A stretch of DNA of 64,000 bases, taken from Clostridia bacterium. Lineage in GTDB: Bacteria; Bacillota; Clostridia; Oscillospirales; Acutalibacteraceae. The translations under genes and the position numbers were made by a program. Of the stretch, positions 46,196 through 55,956 are shown piece by piece; positions within the stretch are counted from its first letter, which is position 1; each line of letters starts with the position of its first letter. The stretch lies in NCBI GenBank assembly GCA_017437005.1, contig JAFSBZ010000042.1, positions 3,397 to 67,396 of the forward strand, read 5' to 3'. The notes under the pieces are model-generated. The model was given only the letters and a program-made list of their open reading frames with translations. It did not search any database and was not told the origin of the DNA.

Positions 46196-47782
46196 TTAAG
46201 GCGTAGTGTTATCGGTTGGATCCTCGGTTTCAGGCGGTGCAACGGGTGTGTCGGCGTCCGTACCCTCGCTTGAACTACTGTCATCCGTTATATCGGTATC
46301 CGAACCATCGGTGCTTTCACTGGATGAATTACTTGAGGTGTCGTCTTCGCTTGAAGTATCGTCTTCGCTTGAAGCATCCTCACTCGAGGTGTTTTCGTTG
46401 CTCGAGGTATCTTCTTCGCTGGATACATCATCCTCACTGCTTGTGATATCCGGTTCACTTGAAGTAACGGGTTCTTCGCTTGAGGTTGTAGTTTGTGGTG
46501 TAGATGTTGTAGACGGTGGTCTTTTGTTATTTCCGACCGTTTTACTATACCAGTCATTTTTTTCTACGGGATTTTCATTTATATATTCTTCCATCGTAAC
46601 ATCATCGTAAATAATGGAATTTATCATTTCTGCCGCATAATCAAGGTCATAATAAATTATAGAACCATAACCTGACGGACCCGTCATTAAAAACTCTTTT
46701 TGGTATTCAGAGGGTGGTAATCGATACTGCTCAAATGTGGGGGAGCTTAGCAATATGCTTGTTGCAAGCTCTATTATATCGCCATACGATAAAGACGTTT
46801 CACTACAGGGAATAAGTGCCTTTGCAAGCGATACATACTGTGTCTTTTTCATTGTGATTGCCTTGTTAAACAGTTCTTGCATAACATGACGTTGGCGGTC
46901 GGTTCTGCCAAAGTCATCACGCGTACCCCAAACAGTCGTACAATGACGAATACGCGCATAAGCGGTTGCTTGAACGCCGTTAAGCGTTTGCTCACCCGCA
47001 GTATGAATATAGTAATCCTTGGCATTGAGGCCCATTTCTTTACAAATTTCATCCATACAGTTGTTAAGATTTGGGTTTCCGTGTCCTTTCCAGGTAAGCT
47101 CGTCCTGAGTAATTGTTGCTGTGATACCGCCTACGGCATCAATAATATCGGTCATACCGTAAAAATTAACGGTGGCATATTCAGAAATATCAAGGTCAAA
47201 CGCCTGATTTATAGTTTTTATCGCATGCTCGGGACCTTTGGAATAGGCAGAATTTATTTTACCATAATACCTTTTACCGTTATACTCCATAGGTACAAAG
47301 GTGTCACGCATTATAGAGAATATTTTTACCTTTTTGGTGTTGGCGTTGAGGCTAAGAATCATAATACTGTCGGTATTGCCTTGGAAAACCGTTTCATCGC
47401 GAGAATCAACACCAAAAAGAGCAACGTTGATAACACCGTTTTCTTTTATGTCCGAAAATCCTAAATCATCAGGATTTGTAGTAATAGAATTATAATTGTA
47501 TTTAAAATAACTGAAAAACCATCCAAGCACTATAGCAATTACTAACAACAGGCTTGTAACGGTTAGCAGAGCCGCCTTTTTGCCTTTTGTTAGTTGCTTC
47601 CACCAAGCTTTAAAGCCTTTTTTGCTTGAGCTTGAACTTATATCTACAAAGGAGTGCTTGCCTCGTTTTAGGCTTGAATCGGATACAATGTCCTCGTATT
47701 CGTCCTTTTTTTTCTTCATCGAAGCAATTATTTCCTCATATTTGTCATCAAAATTAAAACCAATATTATCCTTGTTATCCAT
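46196..47782 (-). CDS. LytR-CpsA-Psr (LCP) family glycopolymer transferase with an acidic Ser-rich C-terminal tail
   Basis: Has a TM anchor, INVALFGVDSRD and DSIMILSLN. The tail is TSSEEPVTSSEPDITSSEDDVSSEEDTSSNENTSSEDASSEDDTSSEDDTSS... Confidence 0.88.
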   Translation of the reverse strand: MDNKDNIGFNFDDKYEEIIASMKKKKDEYEDIVSDSSLKRGKHSFVDISSSSSKKGFKAWWKQLTKGKKAALLTVTSLLLVIAIVLGWFFSYFKYNYNSITTNPDDLGFSDIKENGVINVALFGVDSRDETVFQGNTDSIMILSLNANTKKVKIFSIMRDTFVPMEYNGKRYYGKINSAYSKGPEHAIKTINQAFDLDISEYATVNFYGMTDIIDAVGGITATITQDELTWKGHGNPNLNNCMDEICKEMGLNAKDYYIHTAGEQTLNGVQATAYARIRHCTTVWGTRDDFGRTDRQRHVMQELFNKAITMKKTQYVSLAKALIPCSETSLSYGDIIELATSILLSSPTFEQYRLPPSEYQKEFLMTGPSGYGSIIYYDLDYAAEMINSIIYDDVTMEEYINENPVEKNDWYSKTVGNNKRPPSTTSTPQTTTSSEEPVTSSEPDITSSEDDVSSEEDTSSNENTSSEDASSEDDTSSEDDTSSNSSSESTDGSDTDITDDSSSSEGTDADTPVAPPETEDPTDNTTP

Positions 47783-47799
47783 AACTGCACCACCATAAA

Positions 47800-48621
47800 T
47801 CAGTTTAGCATTTGTTTGTAAATATCACTCTTTTTTATGCCTGTAACCTGCGCCGCTTCCTTTGCAGCAGCCGAAGCTGAAAGGCCGTTGTCCATAAGAT
47901 TTTTCGCAAGCTGTACCGCAGAGTCTAAAGAATATGACTCGGCTTCCTCTTTTGCACCCTCAATTATTAAAACATATTCGCCGCGAGGTTCGTGTGTTTT
48001 ATAATATTCTATTGCTTCGCTAAGACTTGTACGCATTACTGTTTCATGAATTTTGGTAATCTCGCGAACAATCGCAATTTTACGCTCGCCAAATACCTCA
48101 TACATATCATCAAGCGTTCTTATAAGCTTGTGCGGAGCCTCGTAAAAAATTAACGTGCGACGCTCGTTTTTTACTTCTTGGAGATGCTGTTTTCTTGACG
48201 GTTTATTAATCGATAAAAAACCCTCAAAACAAAATCTTCCGCTGGGCATTCCCGATAAAGCCAAAGCCGTCGCAAACGCAGTAGGTCCTGGAACCGATTC
48301 TACCAAAATACCCTGCCCGTGACATTCGCGAATAAGATCCTCGCCCGGATCAGATATTGCAGGCATTCCTGCGTCGGTTACAAGGGCGCAGGTTTCTCCT
48401 TGTAAAATTCGGTCTATTACGACATTTCCGCGTTCTTTTTTATTGTGTTCAAAGTAGGCCACCATAGGCTTTGAAAATCCCAAATGGTTAAGTAATTTTA
48501 CCGTCACGCGCGTATCCTCGGCGGCAATGAAATCCACTTCGCTTAGTATTCGCTGCGCGCGTGGTGAAAAATCCTCAAGATTGCCTATTGGCGTTCCTAC
48601 AACATATAGTTTTCCACTCAT
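47800..48621 (-). CDS. rsmI: 16S rRNA (cytidine1402-2'-O)-methyltransferase RsmI
   Basis: Has LYVVGTPIGNLEDFSPRA and AGMPAISDPG. Confidence 0.92.
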   Translation of the reverse strand: MSGKLYVVGTPIGNLEDFSPRAQRILSEVDFIAAEDTRVTVKLLNHLGFSKPMVAYFEHNKKERGNVVIDRILQGETCALVTDAGMPAISDPGEDLIRECHGQGILVESVPGPTAFATALALSGMPSGRFCFEGFLSINKPSRKQHLQEVKNERRTLIFYEAPHKLIRTLDDMYEVFGERKIAIVREITKIHETVMRTSLSEAIEYYKTHEPRGEYVLIIEGAKEEAESYSLDSAVQLAKNLMDNGLSASAAAKEAAQVTGIKKSDIYKQMLN

Positions 48622-49355
48622 TATAGGTATGCTTCCTTATAACTTCCGTAAATTTTAATCATTTCGTCAGAAAAATTACCGTTACCGTCCTCAACATAAA
48701 GCGTGGGCTCTATTGTAAGCGCCGTATTTGCGCAACGCTTTCCTTCTATAAGAAAGAGCCACGGTGACTTCCCCACGCACTTGCAAACGAGTCGCAGTCT
48801 TTTGGGCTCGACCTTGTATTTACGCATAAGCGCCATCACATCCGCAAGTCGTTCAGGGCGCTGACACATACAAAGTCTACCGCCTGTTTGTAAAAGTTTT
48901 GACGAAACGGCAATGATATCCTCTAACGAACATTCTACCTCGTGGCGCGCAACACTTTTTACGTTGTCCGGATTTTTAATTCCGGTGCCCGACGCTTTGT
49001 ACGGCGGATTACAGGTAATCAACGTATTACTGCCAAACGGAACTTTTCCTTTTAGATCTTTTAAATCAGACAAAACGGGAACAAACCTTTCAAAACCAAA
49101 TTCTTGTTTTGTAAGGTTAGCAAGGTCTATCGCCTCTTTTGAAATGTCAACACCATAAGCTGTTTGGCATTTATCATCTCGTAGCATTAAAAACGCAATA
49201 ATGCCGCAACCCGTGCCTAAATCTACCGCCCTGTCGTTTTTTTTAGGGTTTGCAAAATTGGCAAGCAGTACTGCATCTGTACCAAATGTGTGATGTGGTG
49301 ATACAAAAATATACCTGCCTTCTCCTATAGGCTCTTGCTTTATGCTCTGGTCCAT
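48621..49355 (-). CDS. SAM-dependent N6-adenine methyltransferase, tRNA1(Val) m6A37 type
   Basis: Has DLGTGCGIIA and CNPPY. Confidence 0.7.
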   Translation of the reverse strand: MDQSIKQEPIGEGRYIFVSPHHTFGTDAVLLANFANPKKNDRAVDLGTGCGIIAFLMLRDDKCQTAYGVDISKEAIDLANLTKQEFGFERFVPVLSDLKDLKGKVPFGSNTLITCNPPYKASGTGIKNPDNVKSVARHEVECSLEDIIAVSSKLLQTGGRLCMCQRPERLADVMALMRKYKVEPKRLRLVCKCVGKSPWLFLIEGKRCANTALTIEPTLYVEDGNGNFSDEMIKIYGSYKEAYL

Positions 49356-50719
49356 TTTACACCTTGGGGGGTATCTTCCAAAATAATACCCATCTCTTTT
49401 AACCTGTCGCGAATTTCATCCGCAGTTTTAAAGTCGCGTGCCTTGCGCGCTTCGGTACGTTTTGCAATAAGCTCTTCTACCTCGCTATCAAGCGCTTCTG
49501 TTTTTCTGTTGTAAACAAGACCTAAAACTCCCGTAAGCTCATCAAAGATAGCGGCGCACGCGTTGAGCGTATCTTTTCCCGCTCCGCTTGCAATAGCGGT
49601 GTTAATATCGCGAACAAGTGTAAATACCGCTGCTAAAGCATCGGCTGTGTTAAGATCATCGTCCATAGCGGTGATAAATTCTTGCTTTCTTTCTTCAATA
49701 AACGCAGGAATTTCGCCGCCTTCCGCCGCGTTTTGCAAAGCAAAATCAATATTATTGCGGCAGGTGTAAAGACGTTCAAGCGCATTTTGACCCTGCTCGA
49801 TAATATCAACAGAATAGTTAATAGGGCCGCGATACTGTGAAGATATCATCAAATATCGGATAGGCTCATATCCGTATTTTTCGGCAACATCGCGCACGGT
49901 AAAGAAGTTACCGAGTGACTTTGACATTTTGTGATTGTCAACATTTATAAAGCCATTGTGCATCCAGTAATGAGCAAAATCGCAACCGTTTGCGCACTCG
50001 CTTTGAGCAATTTCGTTTTCGTGATGCGGGAATATAAGGTCAAGACCGCCACAGTGAATATCGATAGTCTTGCCAAGATATTTTTCAGCCATGGCTGAGC
50101 ACTCAATGTGCCAACCCGGTCTTCCCTGTCCCCAGGGTGATTCCCAATATGGCTCGCCCGGTTTTGCACCTTTCCAAAGGCAAAAGTCCATTGGGTCTTC
50201 CTTTATGTCGTCGGTAGCAATGCGTGCGCCTGCTTCGAGATCCTCGAGAGGCTGATGCGAAAGCTTGCCGTATTCGTCAAACTTTTTAGAACGGAAATAT
50301 ACGTCACCGCCTGCAGTATAGGCATAACCCTTTTCTACAAGCTCACCGATAATTCTCTGAATTTCATCAATATTTTCGGTAGCGCGCGGATGTGTGGTAG
50401 CCTCGCGAACATTAAGTCCTTTTGCATCTACCCAAAATTCTTTTATAAATCTTTCTGCAACCTCGGGTACAGTAATGCCCTCTTCATTTGCTTTTTTGAT
50501 GAGTTTGTCATCAATATCAGTAAAATTTTGAACAAAATTTACTTTATATCCGCGCCATTCAAGATAACGGCGCAACACGTCAAATACACAAAGAGGACGT
50601 GCATTACCAATGTGGATATAATTATAAACAGTAGGTCCGCAAGCGTATATTTTAACCTCACCCGGTGTAATGGGTATAAGCTCGTCTTTGTTTCGGGTCA
50701 ATGTGTTAAAAATTTTCAT
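49340..50719 (-). CDS. cysS: cysteine--tRNA ligase
   Basis: Has YACGPTVYNYIHIGNARP (HIGH) and KMSKS. Confidence 0.96.
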   Translation of the reverse strand: MKIFNTLTRNKDELIPITPGEVKIYACGPTVYNYIHIGNARPLCVFDVLRRYLEWRGYKVNFVQNFTDIDDKLIKKANEEGITVPEVAERFIKEFWVDAKGLNVREATTHPRATENIDEIQRIIGELVEKGYAYTAGGDVYFRSKKFDEYGKLSHQPLEDLEAGARIATDDIKEDPMDFCLWKGAKPGEPYWESPWGQGRPGWHIECSAMAEKYLGKTIDIHCGGLDLIFPHHENEIAQSECANGCDFAHYWMHNGFINVDNHKMSKSLGNFFTVRDVAEKYGYEPIRYLMISSQYRGPINYSVDIIEQGQNALERLYTCRNNIDFALQNAAEGGEIPAFIEERKQEFITAMDDDLNTADALAAVFTLVRDINTAIASGAGKDTLNACAAIFDELTGVLGLVYNRKTEALDSEVEELIAKRTEARKARDFKTADEIRDRLKEMGIILEDTPQGVKWTRA

Positions 50720-50724
50720 ATAAG

Positions 50725-51354
50725 TTACTCCTTTATCTGCGCTTCAAGCTCTTTTAATTTTTGGTTTATACTGTCAAGTTCAAGTTGAACGGGGTCTGGT
50801 ATATGAATCTGGTCAAGCGGTTGCAAGTCAACCTTTTTGCCATTTTGACGAACAACTCGCGCCGGAACACCAACTACGGTAGAATTTGGCGGAACATCCT
50901 TAAGCACAACAGCACCTGCCGCCACACGTGAATCGTCGCCTATATTTATAGGTCCTAAAACCTTGGAGCCCGCGCTTATCATAACACGGTTGCCGATAGT
51001 TGGGTGACGTTTACCAACATCCTTACCTGTACCGCCCAGAGTTACACCCTGATAAATAAGTACATCATCACCTATTTCGGTAGTCTCACCTATAACAATG
51101 CCTGTACCGTGGTCGATAACAAGTCGGCGGCCTATGGTGGCGCCGGGGTGAATCTCTATACCCGTTTTGCGCGCCGCTTTTTGTGAAATGTATCGCGCTC
51201 TGAAAGAATGACCTTTCAAATAATGCTTGTGTGCGCGTCGGTGCATTCTAACGGCTTTAAGACCGGGATACAACAGCAAAATCTCTAAGGTTGATTTTGC
51301 CGCAGGGTCTCGGTCTTTTATAGCTTGTATATCTTCTTTTAATAGCTCAAACAA
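50725..51354 (-). CDS. cysE: serine O-acetyltransferase
   Basis: Has DRDPAA and hexapeptide repeats (GATIG...IGETTEIGDDV). Confidence 0.9.
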   Translation of the reverse strand: MFELLKEDIQAIKDRDPAAKSTLEILLLYPGLKAVRMHRRAHKHYLKGHSFRARYISQKAARKTGIEIHPGATIGRRLVIDHGTGIVIGETTEIGDDVLIYQGVTLGGTGKDVGKRHPTIGNRVMISAGSKVLGPINIGDDSRVAAGAVVLKDVPPNSTVVGVPARVVRQNGKKVDLQPLDQIHIPDPVQLELDSINQKLKELEAQIKE

Positions 51355-51373
51355 TTATACCAACTCCGTGGGG

Positions 51374-51964
51374 TTATTTAGATGTGTTTATATAATCCTT
51401 ACATTCGTTCAGATATATAAGTCCCGAAATTACGCAAAGTACTGCCGAAATCCAGAACAACACCATTATTATTATATCACAGATGGGTTGTATTTGTGAG
51501 AGGCCGAAATCAACTATCAATGTGTAGAAGAACAGCGCCGCTACAAGACCTACCATCTGACTTACAGTTTTTAGTTTTCCCCATATGTTTGCCGCAACTA
51601 CAAGTCCGCTTTTAGCTGTAACAAGACGAAGTGATGACACCATAAACTCACGGAACAAAACTATAAATACTATTGTTGTTATTTGCCAACCGTACGCGCC
51701 GCCCTGAGCGGAATACAAGAACATAAATCCTAAGTAAGCAGATGTTGTAAGCATTTTATCAGCCAAGGGATCTAAAAATTTACCAAAATCGGTAACAAGA
51801 TTATACTTTCTTGCCATTTTTCCGTCAATCATATCGGTAAGTGAAGCTAATGCAAAAAGCACAAGCGACACAGCATAATGGTATGGAAAATTTATAAGCA
51901 TAGTAGCCATAAATATTGGGGTTGCAATCATACGCGCAAGAGTTAATTTGTTTGGTGTATTCAT
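51374..51964 (-). CDS. pgsA: CDP-diacylglycerol--glycerol-3-phosphate 3-phosphatidyltransferase
   Basis: Has PNKLTLARM and DMIDGKMAR...G..LDPLADK. Confidence 0.92.
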   Translation of the reverse strand: MNTPNKLTLARMIATPIFMATMLINFPYHYAVSLVLFALASLTDMIDGKMARKYNLVTDFGKFLDPLADKMLTTSAYLGFMFLYSAQGGAYGWQITTIVFIVLFREFMVSSLRLVTAKSGLVVAANIWGKLKTVSQMVGLVAALFFYTLIVDFGLSQIQPICDIIIMVLFWISAVLCVISGLIYLNECKDYINTSK

Positions 51965-53283
51965 ATTTGTTCTCCTAACAAGTCGTATTCAAGTATATCA
52001 TTTATCTGAACATCAACAAAATCGCCGATAATCAGTTGCTCCTTTGCCATAAAGAAAACCTTGCCGTCAATTTCGGGGGCATCGGCTTCGCTTCTGCCGT
52101 AATAACATTTAATGTAGTCATCCCAACCCTCAATAATCACACGTTTCACAGTACCGATTTTTGCCTCGTTTTTAGAGGTGGCAATGTCAAGCTGTGTTTC
52201 CATTATATGCTCGGCGCGATCCTGCTTTACTTGTTCGTCAATCTGGTCGGAATATCCTGCGGCGATGGTGTCCTCCTCGGCAGAATACGTAAAACAACCG
52301 AGCCTGTCAAACTGAGCCTTTTTGACAAATTCGTGAAGCTCTTCGTACTGGGATTCGGTTTCGCCGGGGAAACCGGTAATAAGCGTAGTGCGAAGTGTAA
52401 TATCAGGTACGGTAGCTCTAATTTTATTTACAAGCGCCAAAAGCGACTGACTGTCGCCGCGGCGGTTCATTCGTTTTAATATTTCGCTATTTGCGTGCTG
52501 AATAGGAATATCTAAATATTTTACAAGCTTTGGCTCGGTAGCGATTAACTGTAAAAGCTCGTCGCTTATACGCTCGGGATAGGTGTAAAGAGTACGCACC
52601 CACTCGATGCCATCAATTTTACAAAGTTCGCGCAAAAGCTCACAAAGCCTGCTTTCACCGTAGATGTCGGTACCGTACGCTGTCGTATCCTGAGCTACGA
52701 CTATAAGCTCGCGTACGCCCTGCGCGGCTAATTCCTTTGCTTCAGCCACACAATCTTCTATAGTGCGGCTTCTCATTCTGCCACGGATTTTAGGAATTGC
52801 GCAGTAGGTGCAGCAATTGTCGCAACCGTCAGCAACCTTAAGATACGCGGTAAACGGCCAACCGCCCAAAATACGCTTGCCGTTTAAATTTAAATCCTCT
52901 TTAGGACCATAGCTGTTTTTAGCATTGCCTTCAATAGCATTTTTTACAATCTCGGCGATATTGCTATTAGAACCTATACCAACGCACACGTCTGCCTCGG
53001 GTATTTCGGTTGTAACGTCATCTTTATAGCGTTCGGCGAGACAACCTGTAACAATAACTGCCTTGCAGTTACCGTCGGTTTTATATTGCGCAGCTTCAAT
53101 TATATTTTCTATTGCTTCACTTTTTGCATCTTCAATAAAACCGCAGGTATTTATAATAATTGCGTCGGCTTCCGCTTCGGGAACGCCTATTTCAAAGCCT
53201 GCTTGCTTAAGTGAGTAAAGCATTTGTTCGGCATCGACCTGATTTTTAGGACAACCAAGCGATACCATACTGATTTTATACAT
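51961..53283 (-). CDS. rimO: ribosomal protein S12 methylthiotransferase RimO
   Basis: Has SLGCPKNQVDAE, the radical-SAM site CDNCCTYC and a C-terminal TRAM domain. Confidence 0.88.
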   Translation of the reverse strand: MYKISMVSLGCPKNQVDAEQMLYSLKQAGFEIGVPEAEADAIIINTCGFIEDAKSEAIENIIEAAQYKTDGNCKAVIVTGCLAERYKDDVTTEIPEADVCVGIGSNSNIAEIVKNAIEGNAKNSYGPKEDLNLNGKRILGGWPFTAYLKVADGCDNCCTYCAIPKIRGRMRSRTIEDCVAEAKELAAQGVRELIVVAQDTTAYGTDIYGESRLCELLRELCKIDGIEWVRTLYTYPERISDELLQLIATEPKLVKYLDIPIQHANSEILKRMNRRGDSQSLLALVNKIRATVPDITLRTTLITGFPGETESQYEELHEFVKKAQFDRLGCFTYSAEEDTIAAGYSDQIDEQVKQDRAEHIMETQLDIATSKNEAKIGTVKRVIIEGWDDYIKCYYGRSEADAPEIDGKVFFMAKEQLIIGDFVDVQINDILEYDLLGEQI

Positions 53284-53909
53284 TAGTCTTCCTCGTAAAA
53301 TTCAATTTCTTGTGTGTATTTTTTTATTGCATCGCGCACTGACGCATAGGAAAAGCCCTTTCGTATGAGCGCGGCATAAACCTTTTGTATATCTTGTTTC
53401 TCTGACATTTTGTTGCGATACTTTTTTTCAATTACTGCCAACACCTGTGACAATTCATCAAAATTTGTATCTTCTAATACCGATTTTATGATTGCAGAGG
53501 GTATCCCCTTGTTATACAGCTTTGCATAAGACTCTCGCTTTGATATATTAGCGTCGGACATTTGCTCGGCCAAGCGCCGCGCTAACTTTTCATCATCGAC
53601 AAGACCTAATTCTTTAAGTCTTGCTACGGCTCTTGCCGCGGCGGTACCGCTAATACCGCCTGCGACAATTTTTTGATAAAGTGTTTTCTCGCTGTAATCG
53701 GAACGATCTAAAAACCAAATACCACGAGCCTTTGCGCGAATATAATCCGATTCTTTCAAATGGTGATTTAAAGTGACATCATCAATTTCGTCATTTTCGC
53801 GAATACAAATATTGTTCCAATAATCTATATCAAAATTATAAGCCCTGCCGTCATCAAAACTAACCTTTACGGTATGTTTTTTATCGCGTTTTATCTCGAC
53901 AATTTTCAT
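53283..53909 (-). CDS. recX: recombination regulator RecX
   Basis: 208 aa with three-helix repeat units. Lies immediately after recA. Confidence 0.85.
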   Translation of the reverse strand: MKIVEIKRDKKHTVKVSFDDGRAYNFDIDYWNNICIRENDEIDDVTLNHHLKESDYIRAKARGIWFLDRSDYSEKTLYQKIVAGGISGTAAARAVARLKELGLVDDEKLARRLAEQMSDANISKRESYAKLYNKGIPSAIIKSVLEDTNFDELSQVLAVIEKKYRNKMSEKQDIQKVYAALIRKGFSYASVRDAIKKYTQEIEFYEED

Positions 53910-55063
53910 TAATCGTCAACCGCAATATCAATGTTTACTTTTTTGTGCTTGATTTCGGCTACAGGCTCAGCCTCTACAGGCATAATAACGGCATCGTCGC
54001 TATTACCTGCATCTTTTTTACCCTTGTTTGCCATAGTTTCTGCGTAACGAGCGCGAACCTTCTCTTCGATTTCAGCCGCAAGCTCAGGATTATCCTCAAA
54101 AAGCTGCTTAACATTATCTCTGCCCTGACCAATACGGGTTTCACCATAATAGAACCACGCGCCCGAGCGCTTTAACACCTCTAACGCAAGTCCCATATCA
54201 ACGATTTCGCCCGTTTTGGAAATACCCTTGCCGTAAATAACATCAAATTCGGCCTCACGGAAAGGAGGCGCTACCTTATTTTTAACAACCTTTGCGCGTG
54301 TGCGCGAACCAATAATTTCACTACCGTTTTTAAGGGTTTCTACCTTACGGACATCGATACGAACGCTTGAATAAAACTTAAGTGCGCGACCGCCTGTTGT
54401 TGTTTCGGGATTGCCGTACATAACACCGATTTTTTCACGCAACTGGTTAATAAAGATTGCGCTACAGTTTGATTTTGATAGCGCGCCTGTGAGCTTACGC
54501 ATTGCCTGTGACATAAGTCTTGCCAACTGACCTACGTGGTTATCGCCCATCTCGCCTTCAATTTCGGCGCGGGTTGTAAGTGCAGCCACCGAGTCAACTA
54601 CAATAATATCAATAGCGCCCGAACGAACAAGCGCCTCGGCAATCTCAAGTGCTTGCTCACCACTGTCAGGTTGTGAAACCAAAAGACTGTCGATATCTAC
54701 ACCAAGCGCCGCAGCATAAGTTGGGTCAAGCGCGTGCTCAACGTCGATAAAAGCTGCTGTTCCGCCTTGCTTTTGAGCTTCGGCTACGCAGTGAAGCGCA
54801 AGTGTAGTTTTACCCGAAGATTCGGGACCATAAATTTCGATAATTCTGCCGCGCGGAATACCGCCGATTCCAAGCGCCATATCAAGAGCCATAGAGCCTG
54901 TTTTGATATGCTCAACATTCATTGCGGCATTTTCGCCAAGCAGCATTATAGCGCCCTTGCCATATTGTTTTTCAATTTGCGCCATTGCGGTTTGCAATGC
55001 CTTTTCTTTGCCCTCGGCGGACTTATCTGTTCCAACTGTTTTTGTTACCTTTTCTTTTGCCAT
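53909..55063 (-). CDS. recA: recombinase RecA
   Basis: Start at MAKEK (55063) after ggagg. Has [12 protein letters not shown] and VVDSVAAL. Carries a long C-terminal extension. Confidence 0.97.
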   Translation of the reverse strand: MAKEKVTKTVGTDKSAEGKEKALQTAMAQIEKQYGKGAIMLLGENAAMNVEHIKTGSMALDMALGIGGIPRGRIIEIYGPESSGKTTLALHCVAEAQKQGGTAAFIDVEHALDPTYAAALGVDIDSLLVSQPDSGEQALEIAEALVRSGAIDIIVVDSVAALTTRAEIEGEMGDNHVGQLARLMSQAMRKLTGALSKSNCSAIFINQLREKIGVMYGNPETTTGGRALKFYSSVRIDVRKVETLKNGSEIIGSRTRAKVVKNKVAPPFREAEFDVIYGKGISKTGEIVDMGLALEVLKRSGAWFYYGETRIGQGRDNVKQLFEDNPELAAEIEEKVRARYAETMANKGKKDAGNSDDAVIMPVEAEPVAEIKHKKVNIDIAVDD

Positions 55064-55101
55064 TATTATTACCTCCAAATCTTGATTTGGTTATATTATA
55101 A

Positions 55102-55956
55102 CTAATCTACTGTCCCAAAAACCACCCTGTCAATTTCGCAGTAATCTTTACGTGTTTGTACATTTAAAAAGCCGTTTTCTTTCATAATCTCGGCTACAGC
55201 ATCTGCCTGATTTATTCCCACTTCAAAAGCAAGTGTACCGTACTTTGAAAGATACTGCTTATATTCTTTGGTTATGTGACGGTAAAAATCAAGTCCATCA
55301 CTGCCACCCGCAAGCGCAGTTGTTGGTTCAAAAGTAACCTCGGGTTGAAGCGTGCTCATATCCGAATCATTTATATATGGCGGATTGCTTACAATCAAAT
55401 CATAAGGCCCGTCTGCACCCTCTGTTTTAAGAACATCGCCTTTAACTATGTTAACGTCAACGTTGTTATGTGCTACATTTTTGTTTGTGTACGTCAATGC
55501 TTCATCAAATTTTTCTACCAACGTAACCCGAGCATCGTTGCGCTCACCTTTTATGGTAATTCCTATACAGCCTGTCCCTGCGCACAAGTCAAGCACGCGA
55601 GGATTTTCTGTTTTTTTAATAGATTCAAGACAAACATCTATAAGTGTTTCTGTATCGCTACGCGGTATTAATACACCAGGACCAACAAAAAATTCGCGTC
55701 CAAAGAAATTCCATTTTCCAATTATGTACTGTAACGGGTAACGAATGAGGCGCTGCTTTATTATTGCAGTAAGATTGTCCCGCTGAAAGTTACTTAGTGA
55801 TTGAGTATATTTTGTAAGTATCTGAGCATTGGTATAGCCTGTGATGTGCCTTATTATCTGCTTTGATTCAAAAACATATTCCTCTATTCCCGCAGCCTGT
55901 AACTGTCTTTTACAATCATTATACGCTTCAAATATTGTCATCTTCTTGTATGTCAT
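55102..55956 (-). CDS. prmC: peptide chain release factor N5-glutamine methyltransferase
   Basis: Has DLCAGTGCIG and SNPPY. Confidence 0.9.
   Translation of the reverse strand: MTYKKMTIFEAYNDCKRQLQAAGIEEYVFESKQIIRHITGYTNAQILTKYTQSLSNFQRDNLTAIIKQRLIRYPLQYIIGKWNFFGREFFVGPGVLIPRSDTETLIDVCLESIKKTENPRVLDLCAGTGCIGITIKGERNDARVTLVEKFDEALTYTNKNVAHNNVDVNIVKGDVLKTEGADGPYDLIVSNPPYINDSDMSTLQPEVTFEPTTALAGGSDGLDFYRHITKEYKQYLSKYGTLAFEVGINQADAVAEIMKENGFLNVQTRKDYCEIDRVVFGTVD

Noticed and set aside
46206-46610. 134-aa and 76-aa ORFs on the plus strand over the LCP tail
   Set aside because: They are artefacts of the low-complexity GA/TC-rich repeats that encode the Ser/Asp/Glu tail on the minus strand. Their products are Ser/Leu/Val low-complexity sequences with no start context.
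47701-47713. A8/T8 homopolymer in the 5' part of the LCP gene (and similar 8-mers in trxB at ~20505) as phase-variation tracts
   Set aside because: The tracts are short, encode Lys runs (KKKK) typical of AT-rich genomes, and show no evidence of frame disruption.
50720-51373. Expected T-box leader upstream of cysE-cysS
   Set aside because: Only 19 nt separate pgsA from cysE and 5 nt separate cysE from cysS, so there is no room for a leader. The genes appear to be read through from the rimO-pgsA operon.
54734-55105. 123-aa plus-strand ORF over the recA 5' region
   Set aside because: It is antisense to recA, one of the best-supported genes in the window.
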